A stretch of 64,000 nucleotides of DNA from an uncultured Gemmatimonadaceae bacterium (GTDB taxonomy: Bacteria > Gemmatimonadota > Gemmatimonadetes > Gemmatimonadales > Gemmatimonadaceae), in contig CAWHHI010000004.1 in assembly GCA_963829055.1 (NCBI GenBank), forward strand, positions 544,001 through 608,000, read 5' to 3'. The position numbers were made by a program, and so were the translations under genes. Position 1 is the stretch's first letter; every line of letters starts with the position of its first letter. The notes under the pieces are model-generated. The model made no database searches. It saw only the letters and a list, made by a program, of their open reading frames with translations, and was not told where the DNA came from. This document shows, one piece after another, positions 23,309-33,239 of this stretch.

Positions 23309-24981
23309 GGAACGGTCGCCCTGCGCTCGTAGACGACCTTGCCGCCGACGTACGTCGCGAGCACGTGCGTGCTGAGCACCTGCTCGGGTGCAATGCGCAT
23401 GATGTCCTGGTCGAGCACGACGAAGTCCGCGAGCTTGCCCGGCGTGAGCGATCCCATCAGGCTCTCCTGGAACGCCGCGGCCGCGGGCCAGAGCGTGATG
23501 GACTTGAGTGCCTCCTCGCGCGTCATCTTCTGCTCGGGATACCAGCCGTTAGGCGGCCAGTTGTGCGCGTCCTGACGCGAGAACGCCGCGTGGAACGAGA
23601 TGAGCGGGTTCACCTGTTCGACCGGGAAGTCGCTGCCGTTCGGGATGATCGAGCCGTTGTCGAGCAGCGAGCGCCAGGCATACGCGCCTAACAACCGTGT
23701 CGAGCCGAGCCGCGTCCCCGCCCAGTACATGTCGCTCGTCTGGTGGCTCGCCTGCATGGACGGAATGACACCGAGCGATGCGAAGCGCGGAATGTCATCG
23801 GGGTTGATGATCTGCGCGTGCTCGATGCGGAACCGATGGTCCGCGACAGGGACCGCCTTGAGCGCCTGCTCGTACGCGTCGAGTACGATGCGATTGCCGC
23901 GGTCGCCAATCGCGTGCGTGTTCACCTGGAAGCCAGCCTTGAGCGCGCGCTCGGCTACCGCTTCGATGTGCTCGGGCTTGGACACGAGCAGGCCGTTCGT
24001 CGTGGCGTTGTCGGCGTACGGATCGAGCAGCGCGGCGCCGCGCGAGCCGAGCGCGCCGTCGGCGTACAGCTTGACGCTGCGCACCCAGAGCGTGTTGCCG
24101 TACCCGCCGACGAGTGGCCCGCGCGCGAACCACCGCGCTATCGTGGCCGAATCATCGGAGATCATCGCGTACATGCGGAAATTGAGCGCGCCCGCCTTGC
24201 CGAGCTCTTCGTAGATGTCGAGCACCTGTGACGACGCGCCCGCGTCGTGCACGCCGGTGAGCCCGAACTTCTGCGCCTCGGCGATCGCCGCCTGTACCTC
24301 GGACTTCACCTCGGCTCGCGTCGGCTGCGGAATGACGCGCTCGACGATACCCTGAGCGTTGTCGACGAAGACGCCGGCGGGAGCGCCGTCGGCGGCGCGT
24401 TCGATGTGTCCGCCTTCCGGATCCTTGGTTTGAGCCGTGGCGCCGGCGGCCTTGAGCGCGGCCGCGTTCGCGAGCCCGGCATGTCCATCGATCCGCGTTA
24501 GGTACACAGGGTTGTTCGGCACGGCGGCCGAGAGCTTCTCGTGCGTGGGGAAGCGCGTATCGCCCCAGTCGTTCTGATCCCAGCCCCGTCCTATGATCCA
24601 TTGTCCCGGCGACGCGGTCTTGGCTCGCGCGATGACACGGGCTATGACCTCGTCGTATGACGTCGTGCCGGTCAGGTCGACTGTGCGCAGCGCGAGCCCG
24701 AGGTTATCCACGTGGCCATGGGCGTCGACCATTCCGGGGATCACCGTGCGGCCGCCGAGATCGACAACGCGCGTGGACGCCCCGCGGAGAGCCATCGCGG
24801 CGCCGGATGAACCGACGAACTGCACCTTCCCGCCGCGCACGGCCATCGCGTCGGCGAGTGGGTGCGCGTCGTCCACCGTATAGATGCGCGCGTTTGTGAC
24901 GATGAGATCGGCGGGCTGCTGTTGCGGTTGTTGCGCAGCGGCGAGCGCGGGGATCAGCAGGAAGAGAAGAGCGCGGTTCAT
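23305..24981 (-). CDS. YtcJ-like amidohydrolase (Amidohydro_3)
   Basis: PGMVDAHGH, KLYADGALGSRGA, HAIGDRGN, RIEHAQ, GSDFPVE. Confidence 0.93.
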   Translation of the reverse strand: MNRALLFLLIPALAAAQQPQQQPADLIVTNARIYTVDDAHPLADAMAVRGGKVQFVGSSGAAMALRGASTRVVDLGGRTVIPGMVDAHGHVDNLGLALRTVDLTGTTSYDEVIARVIARAKTASPGQWIIGRGWDQNDWGDTRFPTHEKLSAAVPNNPVYLTRIDGHAGLANAAALKAAGATAQTKDPEGGHIERAADGAPAGVFVDNAQGIVERVIPQPTRAEVKSEVQAAIAEAQKFGLTGVHDAGASSQVLDIYEELGKAGALNFRMYAMISDDSATIARWFARGPLVGGYGNTLWVRSVKLYADGALGSRGAALLDPYADNATTNGLLVSKPEHIEAVAERALKAGFQVNTHAIGDRGNRIVLDAYEQALKAVPVADHRFRIEHAQIINPDDIPRFASLGVIPSMQASHQTSDMYWAGTRLGSTRLLGAYAWRSLLDNGSIIPNGSDFPVEQVNPLISFHAAFSRQDAHNWPPNGWYPEQKMTREEALKSITLWPAAAAFQESLMGSLTPGKLADFVVLDQDIMRIAPEQVLSTHVLATYVGGKVVYERRATVP

Positions 24982-25055
24982 GTAGGAGCGGAGGTTGTAG
25001 CTGTAGCGTCGTAGCTGTAGCTGATGGCTGATGGCCGATGGCTGTCAGCTGCTTT

Positions 25056-25673
25056 CTAGAAAGGCATGTCGTACGGCGGTGGGGTCACCTTGTTCAGTCG
25101 CAGATACGGAATCAACTGACCAAACGTCCACGTCGCGTGCTCACGCGACAGCTCCAGCCAGCGCCAGCCTGGCGCCGCCGGCTGGTTGAACAGCGTGTGC
25201 GACTTCGCGAGTTGTGCCGGTGTCGCCGAGCGCAACGCCTCGAGCAGGTAGTCGTACGACTTGGTCGTGAAGTCAGTGAGCGCGGCCTTCTTGTGCAGAT
25301 ACTGGGCGGTATCGCCTAACGTTGGCGGGCGCTTGAGACCGCGCAGCACCACGGCGGCGATCTCCGTGTTCGTTCCCACGAAGTGCTCCACCTGCTGTGC
25401 GAACGTGCGGACGCCTGGCGTCGGCGCGAACGTCATCGCAGAGTCAGGCATGACGGCGATGTAGGCGAGCACGTTCTTCTTCTGCCGCTCCCAGTCCACT
25501 ACCATGGTCGCGAGCGGCGTGCCCGCGCTGGCGTCCGGCTTTGTCGCTGCTGCTTGCTTGGTCGCTGCTTGCTTGGTCGCTGCTTGCTTGGTCGCCTGCG
25601 CCACGAGCGGCGCGGCAGGCGCAATCGCGACCGTCGCGCACAGCGCGAGACGAATGAACGTAGCAGGCACCAT
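25056..25673 (-). CDS. Secreted DinB family protein
   Basis: MPDSAMTFAPTPGVRTFAQQVEH...EHATWTFGQLIPYLRLNKVTPP; GGAG RBS. Confidence 0.82.
   Translation of the reverse strand: MVPATFIRLALCATVAIAPAAPLVAQATKQAATKQAATKQAAATKPDASAGTPLATMVVDWERQKKNVLAYIAVMPDSAMTFAPTPGVRTFAQQVEHFVGTNTEIAAVVLRGLKRPPTLGDTAQYLHKKAALTDFTTKSYDYLLEALRSATPAQLAKSHTLFNQPAAPGWRWLELSREHATWTFGQLIPYLRLNKVTPPPYDMPF
25551..25595. repeat. Coding tandem repeat, 15 bp x3 (ATKQA)
   Basis: TGCTTGCTTGGTCGC in three perfect copies. Confidence 0.9.
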
Positions 25674-25846
25674 CAGAATCTCCGTGTGATTCATCTGTGG
25701 GGATGAAAGCGCAACGCCGAGGCGGCGCTGTGGTCGGCGCGTGCGCCGTCGGACGCCGAGATAGATGAACCTCGGCAAGCGAGGGCGCAACCAGCCCGCG
25801 CCCTAACGCTGCCGGGATGAGAGGTCGCTGGCGGTGTGGCCGCTTG

Positions 25847-26632
25847 CTACTGCTTTTTCAGCTGGCCCTGACGCGTCCAGATCGCGATGATGCCGCACGC
25901 GCTTTCCCGCCCGCCGAATTGCGGCGGCACCGTGGCACCGCCGGGATAGACCTCGATCGCGCCAATGTCGGCGACCTGGATCATCGTGTCGATCGACTGG
26001 CCGTACAGCGGATAGTTCGTGCCGTCGATGAAGTACCGCACGGGGCAAAACGCCATGTTGCCGAGGCGAGTCGAGACGACTGTCGGCGTCCCGTTCTCGC
26101 GCAGCAGCTTCACGCCGGACACGGTGCGAAACAGATCAGTCGTGACGCGCGGATTCTTCTTTTCGATCTGCTCTCGCGTGATGAACGTTCCAAAGCCGCG
26201 CGACTTCCGAGCCTCGAAGCCACCGAATGCCTTCTCGATGGCGGGGGCCTCGGCTACCACCGCGACCGAATCCATGACCATCGCCACCGGCGAGAGCAGC
26301 ACGCGAATGTCCCGCATTTCGCCCATCTCGAGCTCGAGCGGAATTTTCGCCGGCGAGAACCCGAGCCGTCGAACGACGACTTCGACGGAGCCGGATGGCA
26401 GCCCCGCGAGCTCGAATCTGCCGTCGCTCCCTGTCTCCGCGCGGAACGTCGTGTTGGAGACGAGGATCTCCGCCTTCACGATCGCGGCTCCTACCGCGTC
26501 CGCGACGCGGCCCGTGAGTCGAACGAGCCGCGCTTCGGCGGACCCAGCCTGCGCGATCGCGTTCGACGCCGTTCCACAGACGAGAGTGAACAGGGCGGCA
26601 GCGCGGCACATTCGAGATGGCAGATGCAGCAT
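25847..26632 (-). CDS. Carboxypeptidase-regulatory-like domain + TonB plug-like domain protein
   Basis: LTGRVAD...TGSDGRFELAGLPSG...RRLGF; FITREQI...DLFRTVSGV...DIGAIEVYPG...CGIIAIWTR. Confidence 0.8.
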   Translation of the reverse strand: MLHLPSRMCRAAALFTLVCGTASNAIAQAGSAEARLVRLTGRVADAVGAAIVKAEILVSNTTFRAETGSDGRFELAGLPSGSVEVVVRRLGFSPAKIPLELEMGEMRDIRVLLSPVAMVMDSVAVVAEAPAIEKAFGGFEARKSRGFGTFITREQIEKKNPRVTTDLFRTVSGVKLLRENGTPTVVSTRLGNMAFCPVRYFIDGTNYPLYGQSIDTMIQVADIGAIEVYPGGATVPPQFGGRESACGIIAIWTRQGQLKKQ

Positions 26633-26949
26633 GGGACTAGCTCCGCTTGAGGACCCGCTTTCCAACGATATACAGCGGGACCGCCATACGCACCACATAC
26701 ACGCCCGTTGCCACGAGGTTGTTAGCGGCGAGCCCGCCGAGCACGCGCGAAAGATCGAGGCCTGCGTCCAACCCTTTGGCCTGCAGACCCAATATGGGAT
26801 GCGGTGCGCGAGGGCGTCGAGGTGAAGCGTGACGATCCGCGATACCGCCCGGCACTCCGCCGCCCGTTCGTCCCCACTTTTCCGAGTTCTCGGCTTCGTC
26901 ACTACTTTAAGCGCGTCCTCTGCACTCCAGTTCACACCAGAGATCGCCC

Positions 26950-27549
26950 ATGATCCAACTCGGCCCCACGACCCTCGAGGGTGACGGTATCCGACTCGAG
27001 CCCCTCACCGCCGACCATCATGACGAGTTGCGAGCGGCGTTGTCCGATGGCCGGCTATGGGAGCTGTGGTTCACGTCGGTCCCTGAGCCAGACCGTGTCG
27101 CGGCGTACATCGAGGCCGCGCTCGAAGGTCAGCGGAAAGGGCACATGCTGCCGTGGGCAGTGCGCGAGCTCGAGAGCGGACTGATCGCGGGTACCACACG
27201 CTATCATGACATCGTGCCCGAGATCGACCGCGTGGAGATCGGGTATACGTGGTACGGCAAACAGTGGCAGCGCACACACGTGAACACGGTGTGCAAGATG
27301 CTGCTGTTCCAACACGCGTTCGACACGCTCGGCTGTAAGGTGGTCGGGCTGCGCACGGACAATTTCAACTTCGCGTCGCAGCGTGCGATCGAGGGACTCG
27401 GCGCGAAGCGCGATGGCGTGCTGCGGCATCACCAGGCGCGCCGCGACGGGACCGTTCGCGATTCATTCATGTACACTGTGTTGGCGACCGAATGGCCGGA
27501 CGTCCGGCGTCATTTACGGCTGCGTCTCGAGCGACACGGCCGAGGCTGA
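26950..27549 (+). CDS. GNAT N-acetyltransferase (RimJ/RimL-like)
   Basis: RVEIGYTWY...QRTHVNT...NFASQRAIEGLGAKRDGVLR. Confidence 0.92.
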   Translation: MIQLGPTTLEGDGIRLEPLTADHHDELRAALSDGRLWELWFTSVPEPDRVAAYIEAALEGQRKGHMLPWAVRELESGLIAGTTRYHDIVPEIDRVEIGYTWYGKQWQRTHVNTVCKMLLFQHAFDTLGCKVVGLRTDNFNFASQRAIEGLGAKRDGVLRHHQARRDGTVRDSFMYTVLATEWPDVRRHLRLRLERHGRG

Positions 27550-27582
27550 GTGGAGTAGTACTGCGGTTGCAGTGAGGTATTG

Positions 27583-28752
27583 ATGGCTTGCCCGAGTTTC
27601 GTCCGATTGGCGCTGCTGTTCTCGATCGGAGCGTGCTCCGACTCCGACGCGCCAACCACCCCGTCTTCCGCCGCTCAGATGTTCGAGCGCTTCGTCGCGC
27701 TCGGCACCAGCAACAGCATGGGCGTTCAGTCCGCGGGGATCTTCGCCGCGGGGCAGCGCGCGGCATGGCCTGCGCAGCTCGCGAGCCGCATAGGCGTTCC
27801 ATTCTCCGAGCCGCTGCTTCAGGACCCCGGCTGCGGCCCGCCGCTCGTCGCGCCGCTGGCGTCCGACCTGGCGCTTGTCGGTACGCTGGGCAGCGGCTTC
27901 ATCAACGCAGTCAACGGCACGTGCGCGCCGCTGCAGAACGGTATCACGCTGCCAACGAACAACGTCGCGATTTCGGGCGCCGACGTGCACGACGCGCTCG
28001 TGGCCACACCCGAGTCGAAGGGCGACGTACGTACGCGAACGCTCTACAGTCGGGTGCTGGCGCCGGGGCAGACGCAGGTGAGCGCGATGATCGCACAGAA
28101 GCCGACGTTCGTGTCGGTGGAGCTCGCGGCGAACGACGTGCTGCCGGCGAGCACTGGGCGCGTGTCCGCGATGACGCCGTACGCCAACTGGGAGCGCGAC
28201 TACGATGCGGTGCTCGACGCCGTGAGATCGACGGGCGCCCGCGCGGTGCTGGTCGGCGTGCCTAACGACGCTGCCCAGTTCCCGAGCATCCGTCGCGCGA
28301 GCGAGCTCGCCGCCGACGCCGCGGCGCTCCAGACGCTCGGCATCCGCGTGACCGCCGATTGTGCGCGCAGTTCGAACTATCTCTTCATTCCGGGCTACGT
28401 GCTCACGCTCGTGGCCCAGGCGCCCGCGAGCGCGACGTGCGCGGACGTGGCGGGCGCCGCGGACTACGTGCTGACGCCTGAGGACATCGCGGCGATCAAT
28501 GCGCAGATGGTGCGGATGAACGCCCACATGCAGGCGAAGGCCACGGAGCTCGGGTTCGCCTACTTCAGTCTCGACGCGGTGTACGCGCTGCCGAAGCCGG
28601 CGTTCAGTATCTCGGGGGTCCTCTTCTCCAACGCGCCATTCGGGGCGAACATCAGCCTCGACGGCGTGCATCCGAGTGCACAGGGGCAGGGGCTTCTGGC
28701 AGCGGCTGCGGCGCAGGCAATCACCGCGAAGTATGGAGTGGCGATCCCGTGA
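27583..28752 (+). CDS. SGNH/GDSL hydrolase lipoprotein
   Basis: Lipobox IGAC; block I VALGTSNSMG, NVAISGA, ELAANDVL, SLDGVHPS. Confidence 0.85.
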   Translation: MACPSFVRLALLFSIGACSDSDAPTTPSSAAQMFERFVALGTSNSMGVQSAGIFAAGQRAAWPAQLASRIGVPFSEPLLQDPGCGPPLVAPLASDLALVGTLGSGFINAVNGTCAPLQNGITLPTNNVAISGADVHDALVATPESKGDVRTRTLYSRVLAPGQTQVSAMIAQKPTFVSVELAANDVLPASTGRVSAMTPYANWERDYDAVLDAVRSTGARAVLVGVPNDAAQFPSIRRASELAADAAALQTLGIRVTADCARSSNYLFIPGYVLTLVAQAPASATCADVAGAADYVLTPEDIAAINAQMVRMNAHMQAKATELGFAYFSLDAVYALPKPAFSISGVLFSNAPFGANISLDGVHPSAQGQGLLAAAAAQAITAKYGVAIP

Positions 28753-28761
28753 CACTGATGA

Positions 28762-31700
28762 ATGCCGCCAGCTGACGGCACCGCACGTCGATTCGTAGTC
28801 GGCATCGGGGTGTCGACCTATGACGACCCCGAGCTCAATCTCGCGGCTGTGCCTGACGACGTGGCGAAGATCACTCGCTGGTTCGCCGAGCGCTCGAGCG
28901 TGCCGCACGAGCGAGCGCTGCCCGAGCTGGCGGACAGTCCGAGAAACGAAGACATCCGTCACGCGTCTGAGGGATGGCTCGAGGAGCGGGCCCCGAGGAT
29001 TACGTCGTTGTCTACCTCGCGGCGCACGCCGACGAAGAGGCGGGTACGCCGTACGTGCTTGGCAGAGACTCGGTGAGGCAGCGCTTCGCCGGCCGCGCGA
29101 TCGACGGCAACACGCTCGGCACCATCATCGGCCAGTCGCCGCCGCATAACGTGCTCTTCATCGTCGATGCCTGCGTCGCCGGAACGATCGGCAAGGCGAT
29201 CCAGCGTCGCGCCGAAGATGTGTCGGAAGCGATGAAGAACCGGCAGCCGCAGCTCAAATGGAGCCAGGCGGTGCTGTGCAGCACGTTCGGGCGTGACCCT
29301 GCGTCGGACGGCCGGTTCGCAGAAGCGTTTCTGACCGTCGTGACGCAGGAGCGATGGACGGGAACGTCGCGTCCGTTCATCGACATCGACCTCCTGATGA
29401 CGGGACTCAATCAGGAGCTCAAGAATCTCAACGCGCCACAGGTCGCCGAGCGCAAGGTGTGGGGACCCGGCGCCGCCGAGCTCATTCCCAATCCGAACTT
29501 CGGCGCGCGCCAGGTCTCGGCGTTGATCGCGGACGAAGAGCTGGCATTGCACTTCGATCCGTCGGCGCGCGGGGTCACGCGAGGGGAATCGGGATCGTAC
29601 TTCATCGGCCGACACGACGAGCTCGCGCGCATCGTGCGCTGGCTCCGGGCGCCGGCGGTTTCGGGAACGTCGCACCTGCTCGTGATCACCGGTTCGCCGG
29701 GCTCCGGGAAATCGGCGCTCATCTCGCGCGTCGTGCTGCTGAGCGATCCCGCGCTGCGCGCGCGCGTTCCTCGACTCCACGATCTCGCGCCGGAAACGGT
29801 TCCGCCCGATTCATCGATCACGGCAGCGCTCTGGTGTCACAACAAGACGCTCGAGCAGGTCGTCGTCGATCTCGGCTCGCGGCTCGGCCTGAACGCGCGC
29901 GCTGCCTCCGCGTTGCTGTACGCGATCGGTGCGCGGCAGCCCGCCGGATCGCCGTTGACGATTGCCATCGATGCGCTCGATGAAGCTGTGGACGGTCATG
30001 CGGCCCGCATCGCATCGGAGCTCATCGTACCGCTCGCGTCGCTCGACGGCGTGAAAGTGCTCGTGGCGACGCGGCCGCATCCCGTCCACTCGCTCGACGA
30101 GCCCCAAGACGCCACGAGTCTGCTCGAGTCGTTAGGCATCCCGGCTGGCGATGACACGATGACGCTGGTGGTGGACAACGCGGCGAATCGCGGGGCCGAC
30201 ATGCGAGCGTATGTGGAGGCGCGTCTCATGGGGACGGGCGACTCCGGCCGCCTGACGCCATACTCGGACAAGCCCGATGTCGCGGCGCGACTCGCGGAAC
30301 GCATCGCCGAGGCGGCGGGCAGTTCCTTCCTCGTCGCCGCGGTCACCGCGCGCGCTCTCTCGGCTCGGGCCGAGGCGGTGGATCCGGAGGCGATGATCAA
30401 CCTCCCCACGGAAGCGGGCGACGCCCTCGCGCGATACATTGAGCGGCTTCCGGATCCGAAGGTCGTGATCGACATCCTTCGGCCACTGGCCTGGGCGGCG
30501 GGCTCGGGGCTGCCGTGGGGACCGCTGTGGGCGCCAATCGCGAATGCGCTGGCGCGGGCACCGTTCCCCGACGCGGACGTGCACTACGACGACGACATGG
30601 TTGCGACGGTGCTCGAGCGGGCGAGTGATCTCGTCATCGAGACGATGGAGTCGGATGAACCCGTATACCGGCTCTTTCACGCGGCGCTCGCGGAGCATCT
30701 CCGTCGTGACCTGACGCCGCTGCAGGCCCACGAGGCCATCGCCGGCGTGCTCGACACGATCATCGACTCGGCTCCGTTCCGTACGGCGCCTGCCTATGTG
30801 CTGGCGCACATGACGACGCACCTCGCGCAATGCCCCAGCCGGTATCAGCAACTGTACGAGCTCGTCACCGATCCCGAATGGGAGCGGGCCAAGCGAGATC
30901 GGTTCCGGCGCTCGGAAGGGTTCTTTCGTGACGTAGAGCTCGCGATCAAGGGTGCGCTCGCGCGCGACCCGCAGGATCTCGCTTCACTCGCGGGCGCCTG
31001 TCTCGTCTGCTCGCGGCAAATGGCTGTTGCTCCCGCGCCCGTAATCGACGTGCTGGCGAAGGAACGGCAGCTCCAACGCGCGGAGGCGATGGCGAACAAC
31101 ATCACGTTCGCCGTGGAACGGTGCTGGGCCTACGCGCTTCTCGCGCCGACCTTCCATGCCGAGCGTGACGTCGGTGGCGCGCTTCGTTGCCTGGCCGAAG
31201 CCGAGCGGTCGATCGGCGCGATCAACGTCACGCACACGGCGATGGCCTGGTCATGGATCGCAGAGGCCGCGGTAGCGTGCGGGTTCGGCGACCGCGCGAT
31301 GCTCGCGTCGCGTCGCGCGGCCGAATCGCTCGATGCGCTGACCCGGGAGACCGAGTGGGAGCTGCCTAACGTCTTCTTCTGGGCCGGCATGACCGCGCGT
31401 CATGCACGAGACGAAGCGACGCGCGCGGCGCTGCGTGAGATGTTCGGCAAGCGAGTGGAATACGTACGCCGCAACCAGGAGCTGCAGGCAGCGGCAGTTC
31501 TCGGCGCCACGGACACGCTGCGCGAGCTGTGGCGGCAGTGGATGGGTGGCGAGCGAGACGGCTTCGTGCGCCACGGCAACCTCGCGCTCGCGCTCGCCGA
31601 CGCGGGCATGATGGATGAGCTCCGCGCGATGCTTGCCGTGTTCGAGACCGAGGGAGTAAACCCACGTCGCGAGGCGAACTCGAACAAGCACTTCGTGTGG

Positions 31701-33015
31701 GCGTTATGCAGGGCGGGACGCTTCGACTGGGCGCTCCGATTTCTCGAGACGGTCGATGAGCCCGAGCACTGGATCGGGGCGCTCTCGCGGCTCGTCTCCG
31801 AGGCCGTCGCGCAGGGGAACGCCGCTGCACTGGAAAGCGCGAAGGGCCTCGTGAATCGGATGGCGGGCACCAATGACGACCGCGTCAAGACGCGGATGGT
31901 CCCCATCCTCTATCGACTTGGCGACAAGGACGCGGCGCTGATGCTGGCGGAAGATCTCGTGCGGCAGGGCGCGGAGCCCTCGGCGACGAATAGCGTCGCG
32001 TTTCCGCTCCCGGACGAGGTGCAACCTGTTAGGCAACCCGTGCCGCAACCGGTTCGCAGCCGGCGGTCTCGCGTCGCGTCGCGGCAAGACGGGCCCGCGG
32101 CCCCTTCACACCGACATTCGCGCCCTGGCGGACGCGCGAGTCGCCGACGAGGCTGCGGCGTTCGCGGAAGCCGGCAAGATTCCGGAGGCGAAGGCGAAGC
32201 TGTCGGCGATCGTGGTCCCGCGATTCCGGTGGCGCGCGGCGCACGCGATCGCGTCCGCGGCCAGCGCTGCGGAGGCGGTACCGCTCTGGCGGGATGCGCT
32301 GCTCGAGGCACGGCTGGTGAACGAGCCGTCCGCACGAATCACGGCGGCGGCGTTGGCGACGGCCCTGGCGGAGACGTCCGATGGACAACTGCAGGTCGAT
32401 CGCCTAACGCGCAACGCTCGGGCGATCACCAAGGCATGGACCGAGTCGGCGTTCGCGGAACAGTACGAGACGCTTCGCGAGCTGCTGGCGTCAGGCGTGG
32501 GCCGAACGCGGCGCATGGACGAGCTCATTGCGGCTGCCACTCGCACGCTGAACTTCGGAGGGCAGACGGATTGGGTAACGGCGGCGTTCCAGCTGCCGTA
32601 TCAGCTGGTGGATGCGTCGGGTGGCGTGTCCGCGCGCGACCAGGCGCTCTTTCGATCCGACCTGTTGTGGGGAATCCGGTTCAGCCTGTCCACGCTCTGG
32701 AGCGTGGACGACGTGCGCGCGCTCATCGAGTCGGGTCGCCCCGGCAAGCGTGCGTTTGCACTGGCACTCATGAAGAGCCGCGCGGATCTGGCGCCGCTCG
32801 ACCTCGTTCTCGCACTGATCGAAACGTCACTCAGCGCGTTCGAGCAATTCCATGCGTTGACCATGGCACTGAAGGTCGCGCCGTCGCTCGATCGCCCGCA
32901 CCGATCGCAGCTCCGCGAGGCGATCGAGCGCGCGCGACGCACGCACCTGGTGCCAGACACGGATCGCTATGCGCTGTCGGAGCGCATTCTCGCCGCAATG
33001 TCCGACCGCGGGTAA
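28762..33015 (+). CDS. Caspase-like (C14) protease + STAND P-loop NTPase + helical repeat protein (NLR-like); frameshifts near 28990 and 32090
   Basis: FVVGIGVSTYDD..LNL, YLAAHA (His), FIVDACVAG (Cys), FIGRHDEL, Walker A GSPGSGKS, Walker B IAIDALDE, VLVATR, LFHAALAEHL, TPR-like C-terminus. Confidence 0.85.
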
Positions 33016-33020
33016 CGATG

Positions 33021-33166
33021 GTCATTCCGAGCGGAGGCCGGAGCCGTGTCATTCCGAGCGGAGGCCCGAAGGGCCGCAGTCGAGGAATCGCGATCATCCT
33101 GGGCAGAGGGCCCTCTACCGTGCAGAGTCTCGATTCCTCGACTCGCCTGCGCTCGCTCGGAATGAC
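33021..33166. repeat. Palindromic REP/MITE-like element, copy C (duplicated left end)
   Basis: GTCATTCCGAGCGGAGGCC twice, then ...GATTCCTCGAC...CGCTCGGAATGAC. Confidence 0.9.
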
Positions 33167-33239
33167 AACACTGGCTCCCCCATCGCGCGACCCATACGTT
33201 AGCCGCGTATTCCGTCCTTCCCAGAGACAACGACAACAC

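Noticed and set aside
26633..26949. Possible riboswitch or ncRNA in the longer intergenic regions (also 57388-57600 and 58260-58385)
   Set aside because: Only short hairpins and no motif I can assign to a known family; an Rfam scan would be needed.
33016..33239. Possible small gasdermin or other substrate gene next to the caspase-STAND gene
   Set aside because: The interval is filled by palindromic copy C and has no credible ORF; the upstream gap is only 9 bp.
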